Of a DNA stretch of 64,000 nt, positions 58,907 through 64,000 are shown piece after piece. The stretch lies in the NCBI GenBank assembly GCA_963663385.2, contig CAXXXD010000004.1, forward strand, positions 96,001 through 160,000, read 5' to 3'. Below the pieces are notes generated by a model. The model saw nothing but the letters and a program-made list of their open reading frames with translations, made no database searches and was not told where the DNA came from. The position numbers and the translations under genes are program-made. Every line of letters starts with the position of its first letter. The stretch's first letter is position 1. Source of the DNA: Oceanispirochaeta sp. Its GTDB lineage: Bacteria > Spirochaetota > Spirochaetia > DSM-2461.

Positions 58907-59949
58907 AAAAAAACTTTTATTACCTGCTGTCGGTTATTGTTTTACTGGCTGTTGTTCTGGGCGGATGTTCCAGAGAGAGCAACCGGAAACTCTATCTGTA
59001 CAACTGGTCCGATTATATCGATGAGGAACTGGTAAAGGCCTTTACAGAAGAAACCGGTATCCAGATTATTATGGACTACTTTGATTCAAACGAGTCCATG
59101 TATGCCAAGTTACGTTCCGGAGCCGATGGTTATGATATTGTATTTCCCACCAGCTATATGGTGGAAATCATGAACGCCGGAGGCATGCTGCAGAAAATCG
59201 ATCATGGAAAGCTGGCGAACCTGAAGAATATTGACCCTAAGTTCACCGTCCTTTCGGTCGATTCCGAAATGGAGTACTCTGTTCCCTATATGGTCAGTAC
59301 TACCGGGATAGGGTATCTGGAATCCGGGCTGGGGGAAGTTGAATCTTTGTCCTGGGATATCTTTGCTTCCCCGGATTATTCATCCAAAATGACAATGCTT
59401 AATGATGTGAGAGAGACGATCGGGGCTGCTTTAAAGTACCTCGGTTACTCCTACAATTCCAGGTCCGGACAGGAGCTGGCGGAAGCCAGAGATCTACTTA
59501 TTTCCTGGAAGAGGAATCTGGCGAAATTTGAGAATGATCAGTATAAGAACGGACTGGTCAGCGGAGAGTTTTCCATATGTCAGGGTTACTCGGGGGATAT
59601 CCTTCAGGTTCAGGAAGAGCGGGATGATCTTCGCTTTATTGTACCAAGAGAGGGCACTTCCATCTCCATTGATAATATGGTGATTCTCAGGAATGCGAAG
59701 AATACGGATGCGGCTTATGAGTTTATTGACTATATGTTAAGGGGTGAAGTTGCTGCCTCCAACATTGAGTATGTGTACTACCTGGCTCCCAATACGGCGG
59801 CATACGGTCTTCTGAGTGATGAAATTCGAAATGATCCGGCTGTCTTCATTTCTGATGATGTACTTGAGAATTCCGAGATTCTTCTGGATCTGGGGGATGA
59901 TAATGAACTGTATAGTCGAACCTGGGATGAAATAAAGTCTGCAAAATGA
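58903..59949 (+). CDS. potD: Spermidine/putrescine-binding lipoprotein
   Basis: Lipobox LGGC; YNWSDYID, FDSNE.MYAKL, YSVPYM, YSGD. Confidence 0.88.
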   Translation: MKKNFYYLLSVIVLLAVVLGGCSRESNRKLYLYNWSDYIDEELVKAFTEETGIQIIMDYFDSNESMYAKLRSGADGYDIVFPTSYMVEIMNAGGMLQKIDHGKLANLKNIDPKFTVLSVDSEMEYSVPYMVSTTGIGYLESGLGEVESLSWDIFASPDYSSKMTMLNDVRETIGAALKYLGYSYNSRSGQELAEARDLLISWKRNLAKFENDQYKNGLVSGEFSICQGYSGDILQVQEERDDLRFIVPREGTSISIDNMVILRNAKNTDAAYEFIDYMLRGEVAASNIEYVYYLAPNTAAYGLLSDEIRNDPAVFISDDVLENSEILLDLGDDNELYSRTWDEIKSAK

Positions 59950-59983
59950 ATATCGAATAAATTAATTTTACATGACCTTTTAC

Positions 59984-60011
59984 TTGACAATCTGTAAATA
60001 TGGATTATTTT
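59984..60011 (+). promoter_or_regulatory. sigma70-like promoter of leader copy 3
   Basis: TTGACA-N16-TATTTT. Confidence 0.5.
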
Positions 60012-60051
60012 TTGTGTTAATTCTGCAAGTTTTTTTAACACTTGTACAGGC

Positions 60052-60197
60052 ACAGACTAAGGACCCTTTATGCTAACAAAAGTCTGTTATCATCTTCATG
60101 TGTGCAGAAAGGTCTTGGAGTTGATTTCAGGAATGTTTCGTAGGGGGGATTCCCCTCTTTTTCCATCATGCCTCTCCTCTCGTGAATAGAGGGATAA
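60052..60197 (+). ncRNA. Conserved structured 5' leader, copy 3
   Basis: ACAGACT-AAGGACCCTTTATGCTAACAAA-AGTCTGT with compensatory changes relative to copies 1 and 2. Confidence 0.72.
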
Positions 60198-60272
60198 ATG
60201 GTATTACAATTATATTTCCTGCTTGTATTGATATTATTGCCGATGTGGATGATGACCGGGATATTGCTGTAG
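60198..60272 (+). CDS. Putative 24-aa hydrophobic peptide MVLQLYFLLVLILLPMWMMTGILL
   Basis: SD-like AGAGGG upstream of the ATG; uncharged, almost wholly hydrophobic sequence; ends 13 nt before the next gene. Confidence 0.45.
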   Translation: MVLQLYFLLVLILLPMWMMTGILL

Positions 60273-60285
60273 ATTGGGGGAAATT

Positions 60286-61356
60286 ATGGATACTGATGAA
60301 TTAGTGGATAACGCTTCAGGTCAGTTGAAATCCGTATTGGAATCTCTAACTGGTTTAAGAGATGAAGTTCTGGATTCCTCAAGGAGTCTGGAGGAGAGGC
60401 TTGAGTCATACCAGGATATTATTGCCTCGGAGGTCGGGGACACCATCCTGAGCAGGATGAGAAATTTAGAGAGAAATGCGGGACTGAAACAGCTCTATAT
60501 CAAATTTGAAGGCAGTAACCCCTCCGGTTCACAGAAAGATCGAATTGCGTTTGCCCAGGTTGATGATGCCATGCGGAGGGGGTATAAAAAGATCGTATTT
60601 GCTACTTGCGGAAATTATGGCGTTGCTATTGCCTTTGCCGCATCTCTGGCCGGGATTGAATGTAAAATCTATATTCCGGAAACCTACCATACAAAGAGAG
60701 AAACTGAAATCCTGAAATTTGGAGTTCAAATTGTCAGAAGAGGCAAGGACTATGAAGAATCTGTTTATCTGTCCAGTCGAGAGGCTGTCGAGTTTGACTG
60801 TTATGATGCAAATCCGGGGGGAGTAAACACAAACCTGCAGATCAAAGCCTATGCAGAGATATCTTATGAAATTTACGATGAGTTGAGAGATGCTCCTGCC
60901 ATAGTGGCTGTTCCAGTATCAAACGGGACTACATTGACCGGGATTTACAGAGGATTTGTCTCTCTGTACAGAAGAGGGAAAACCTCAAGAATTCCCAGAA
61001 TAATAGCAGGTTCAAGTTCAAAGAAGAACCCCATTATTGTCTCTTTCAAACGGGGACTGGATGTTTGTGAAGATCTTGATCCGGCTACTGTGAAAGAATC
61101 GGTAGTCAACGAACCTTTGATTAACTGGCACTCAATAGATGGCAATATGGCATTGAGCGCCCTTAAAGAGTCACAGGGCTGGGCATCGGATGTCAGTGAC
61201 AAGAGCATGATGAAATATGCCAGTCTTCTTAAAAATCAGGAGGGATTGTCTGTTCTGCCGGCTTCAACAGCCGGTTTAATAGCCCTTGTGAAGTATAATG
61301 AAATGCAATCTCTTCCGGGAGATCGTTATGTCGCTGTTATTACAGGAAGGAAATAG
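60286..61356 (+). CDS. Fold-type II PLP-dependent enzyme (threonine synthase-like)
   Basis: KFEGSNPSGSQKDR PLP-lysine motif, ATCGNYG, VPVSNGT; N-terminal helical extension. Confidence 0.85.
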   Translation: MDTDELVDNASGQLKSVLESLTGLRDEVLDSSRSLEERLESYQDIIASEVGDTILSRMRNLERNAGLKQLYIKFEGSNPSGSQKDRIAFAQVDDAMRRGYKKIVFATCGNYGVAIAFAASLAGIECKIYIPETYHTKRETEILKFGVQIVRRGKDYEESVYLSSREAVEFDCYDANPGGVNTNLQIKAYAEISYEIYDELRDAPAIVAVPVSNGTTLTGIYRGFVSLYRRGKTSRIPRIIAGSSSKKNPIIVSFKRGLDVCEDLDPATVKESVVNEPLINWHSIDGNMALSALKESQGWASDVSDKSMMKYASLLKNQEGLSVLPASTAGLIALVKYNEMQSLPGDRYVAVITGRK

Positions 61357-61358
61357 GT

Positions 61359-62429
61359 ATGTATATCGATGGTCATGCTGTTGTATATTGTGAGGGAGCT
61401 TTTGCATCGACATATGGGAAAACGGCTCATGGTCTTGTTCGCTATACGCAAAGGTATAATCTGGTTGCGGTCATTGACAGTAGTCTGGCCGGAAGGGATT
61501 CCGGGGATTTTCTTGATAATGCCCCTAATGGTATACCCATAGTCTCATCCCTTAATGAAGCATTTAAAGTAGCGAACTCTCAAACGGTAGAGTTATCCTA
61601 CTTTGTTCTGGGGATTGCCACTGATGGCGGATATTTAACTCAGGATATCAGGTCTGCTGTTATTGAAGCTCTGGAGTCTGGATTGAATGTTGATTCCGGA
61701 CTTCATGACTTTCTTAATGACGACAGGGAAATCAGACTCCTGGCTGAATCATACGGTCTTGGTATTCGTGATATCAGAAAACTGGACGGGAACAGCAACC
61801 ACATGTTCACTGGCAAGATTGAAGAGGTTAAAGCCATAAGAGTTGCGCTGCTTGGCACGGACTCAGCCATCGGAAAAAGGACGACAGCCTGGATAATTAC
61901 CAATGCCATGGCAGACAGGGGGCTCTCGGCAGAATTCATCGGAACAGGCCAGACGGCATGGCTGCAGGGGGCAGACTACAGTATTGTCATGGATTCATTA
62001 CTGAATGATTATGTCAGCGGTGAACTGGAACATATTGTGTGGAAGGCCTGGACTGAAAAAAAAATGGATTATGCCATAATTGAAGGTCAGGGCAGCCTCA
62101 TGAATCCCGGATATCCCGGTGGCTTTGAGATTTTGGCTGCGTGCAGACCCCACGGGATTATTCTTCAGCATTCTCCCTCCCGGAAGGAGTACGACGGATT
62201 TCCGGGGTATCCTCTGGATAGGATAGAGGACCAGATTCACGCTATTGAATTCCTGTCAAAAAAACCGGTAGTCGCCATTACAATTAATCATGAAGGTATC
62301 CGGCGTGATAAAATTGCTGAGGAGTGTCAGGCCCTGGAAAACAAGCTGGGGATACCAGTCGTTGATCCTCTGGTGGATGGTGCAGAACGGATTATTCCGG
62401 TTATTGAAGAGCTGAAAAATGAAAATTGA
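61359..62429 (+). CDS. DUF1611/DgcN-like protein (putative N-acetyltransferase)
   Basis: GKTAHGLVRY, SGLHDFL, GTDSAIGKRTT, GTGQT, IEGQGSL. Confidence 0.82.
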   Translation: MYIDGHAVVYCEGAFASTYGKTAHGLVRYTQRYNLVAVIDSSLAGRDSGDFLDNAPNGIPIVSSLNEAFKVANSQTVELSYFVLGIATDGGYLTQDIRSAVIEALESGLNVDSGLHDFLNDDREIRLLAESYGLGIRDIRKLDGNSNHMFTGKIEEVKAIRVALLGTDSAIGKRTTAWIITNAMADRGLSAEFIGTGQTAWLQGADYSIVMDSLLNDYVSGELEHIVWKAWTEKKMDYAIIEGQGSLMNPGYPGGFEILAACRPHGIILQHSPSRKEYDGFPGYPLDRIEDQIHAIEFLSKKPVVAITINHEGIRRDKIAEECQALENKLGIPVVDPLVDGAERIIPVIEELKNEN

Positions 62430-63480
62430 TGATTTTGAAGTAGTAAAAGTCTGTTTACAGATGAAGGACCCCTATGAGGTCGCCTATGAAAAGTTTGACA
62501 AAGCAGAAAACCTGCTGATCAGAATCAGCGCCGGGAAACTGCATGGATGGGGGTGTATTGCTCCCGATCCTCATGTCACAGGCGAAAATATTGAAGACGT
62601 TTATAGAAAATCTTTAGAGATCCTTCCGGAAGTTCTTCTTAAAAGAGATCCCTTCAGGAAAGCGCTCATAATGAAATATCTGAAAGCGGCAGCTCCGGGG
62701 TTGTTCAGCCTCTGGGCAGGTGTTGATACGGCTCTCTGGGACCTGCTGGGCAAACAGGCCCATCTGCCAATCTGGAAAATCCTGGGAGGATATCGGAACT
62801 ATATCAGTACCAGTGTTACCATAGGTATCTGTGGAATCGACGAGACCCTGGAAAGGGCCCGGGATTTTGAGCTTCAGGGGTTTCATATTCTCAAGATAAA
62901 GGGCGGGAATGATGTTTCGGAGGATATAGCACGGCTTCAGGGACTCCGCTCGGCTCTGGGAACGGATATGAAAATCCGATTTGACGCAAATCAGGGTTAT
63001 TCTGTTGAAGAAGCTCTTTTCTTTGTCAAAAATATAAAAGAACTCGACATTCAGCTGTTTGAACAGCCGACGATTAAATCCAAACCCGATCAGTTGGGTG
63101 CAATTATAAATAAAACAAATATACCAATTATGGCAGACGAAAGCCTGGTTTCTCTTCTGGATGCTTTTTCTCTGGTAAAAAAAGGCCTGATAGATCTGAT
63201 GAATATTAAACTGATGAAAGTGGGCGGGATCACAGAGGCCATCCAGGTCGATGGTCTTGCAAGGGCCGCCGGAGTGGAGGTTATGGTCGGATGTATGGAC
63301 GAAGCGGCTTTGGGTATTTCAGCAGGTCTGCATTTTGCCCTCAGTCGAAAAAACATCAGGTTTGCAGACCTGGATGGCCATCTGGGATTGATTGATGATC
63401 CGTCAATAGAATGCATTTCATTAAACAGGGGGAAACTTTATCCTTCCGGTTCTCCCGGATTCGGCTGGGCAGGGATGTAG
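62419..63480 (+). CDS. Enolase-superfamily dipeptide epimerase/N-acyl-amino acid racemase (L-Ala-D/L-Glu epimerase/DgcA-like)
   Basis: KIKG, RFDANQGY, EQP, MADES, NIKLMKVGG, DLDG. Confidence 0.88.
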   Translation: MKIDDFEVVKVCLQMKDPYEVAYEKFDKAENLLIRISAGKLHGWGCIAPDPHVTGENIEDVYRKSLEILPEVLLKRDPFRKALIMKYLKAAAPGLFSLWAGVDTALWDLLGKQAHLPIWKILGGYRNYISTSVTIGICGIDETLERARDFELQGFHILKIKGGNDVSEDIARLQGLRSALGTDMKIRFDANQGYSVEEALFFVKNIKELDIQLFEQPTIKSKPDQLGAIINKTNIPIMADESLVSLLDAFSLVKKGLIDLMNIKLMKVGGITEAIQVDGLARAAGVEVMVGCMDEAALGISAGLHFALSRKNIRFADLDGHLGLIDDPSIECISLNRGKLYPSGSPGFGWAGM

Positions 63481-63523
63481 GGTCCCTCTATAATGCCATC
63501 CATTCCGGTAATGACTTACAGGG

Positions 63524-64000
63524 TTAGAACCATTTTTTCCGCTTGAAAATGAAAATCATAACTCCGGCTAAACCAATAAGCAGCAGCCAGAAATAGAGAT
63601 AACCGTATCGCAGGTGCAGTTCCGGTATAAAATCGAAATTTGTCCCGTAAATTCCGGTAATAAGGGTCAATGGTAAGAAAACGACCGAAAATACGGTTAG
63701 AAATTTAATAGTCTCGTTCAGCTTGTCATTCATCAATCCGTTATACCTGGCCAGGTATTCATTGCATATCTCTTTGTACAGGTCTATTGTTTCAATAACC
63801 TGGGTCATATTTGCTATAAGGTCAGAAAAATAGATCCTGTACTTCTCTTCGATTAGTGGTTGAGATTCTTTCAGAAGGATTCGTAATGCTTCTCTGGCTG
63901 GTCTGACAGCTTTCCCTAAATACAATAATTCCTTTTTAGAGGCCTGTATGGATCCAAGGACTTTTTCATCGGCACTAACCGTGAGCATTTCTTCTGTTTT
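63524..64000 (-). CDS. corA: CorA-family Mg2+/Co2+ transporter (C-terminal part; start lies beyond the window)
   Basis: LNETIKFLTVFSVVFLPLTLITGIYGTNF..IPEL...YGY, FKRKKWF. Confidence 0.85.
   Translation of the reverse strand, partial: KTEEMLTVSADEKVLGSIQASKKELLYLGKAVRPAREALRILLKESQPLIEEKYRIYFSDLIANMTQVIETIDLYKEICNEYLARYNGLMNDKLNETIKFLTVFSVVFLPLTLITGIYGTNFDFIPELHLRYGYLYFWLLLIGLAGVMIFIFKRKKWF

Noticed and set aside
62464..62476. AAGGACCCCTATG, resembling the leader loop
   Set aside because: Inside the epimerase CDS, with no CAGAC/GTCTG stem and no GCTAAC; chance match
63971..63988. ORF-track start MLTVSA in corA matches leader peptide MLTVSA of copy 1
   Set aside because: Internal Met of an edge-truncated corA; the nucleotide sequence and SD do not match the motif
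1..64000. CRISPR array, IS/transposase, integrase, prophage, tRNA or rRNA
   Set aside because: No regularly spaced repeats or diagnostic genes seen; the three leader copies are dispersed, gene-oriented and not array-like

Overview
Bacterial chromosomal window rich in transporters and regulators. Binding-protein signal peptides of the 'LFA-x-G-x-Q-E/D' type suggest a free-living Spirochaetaceae (inference). It contains a LacI-controlled glycoside/sugar-acid locus (GH4, dehydratase, TRAP, ABC, RidA, PatB) and ABC loci with a GH29 fucosidase and a GH38 mannosidase. It also holds several two-component systems, APC-USP, DAACS, Na/Pi and TRAP transporters, potABCD, a PLP-enzyme/DUF1611/epimerase operon and a partial corA. 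No rRNA, tRNA, CRISPR array or transposase was seen. The main observation is a non-coding leader that occurs three times (about 13.33 kb, 55.64 kb and 60.05 kb). Each copy has a sigma70-like promoter and a covarying stem enclosing a near-invariant loop, AAGGACCCTT(A/T)ATGCTAAC, which reads as SD + AUG-CUA-ACN. Each also has a mutually exclusive downstream helix and a hairpin that hides the ribosome-binding site of the first gene. The leader precedes two DUF1611-type genes, a GNAT and potABCD, and is a candidate unrecognised riboswitch or translational attenuator regulon.
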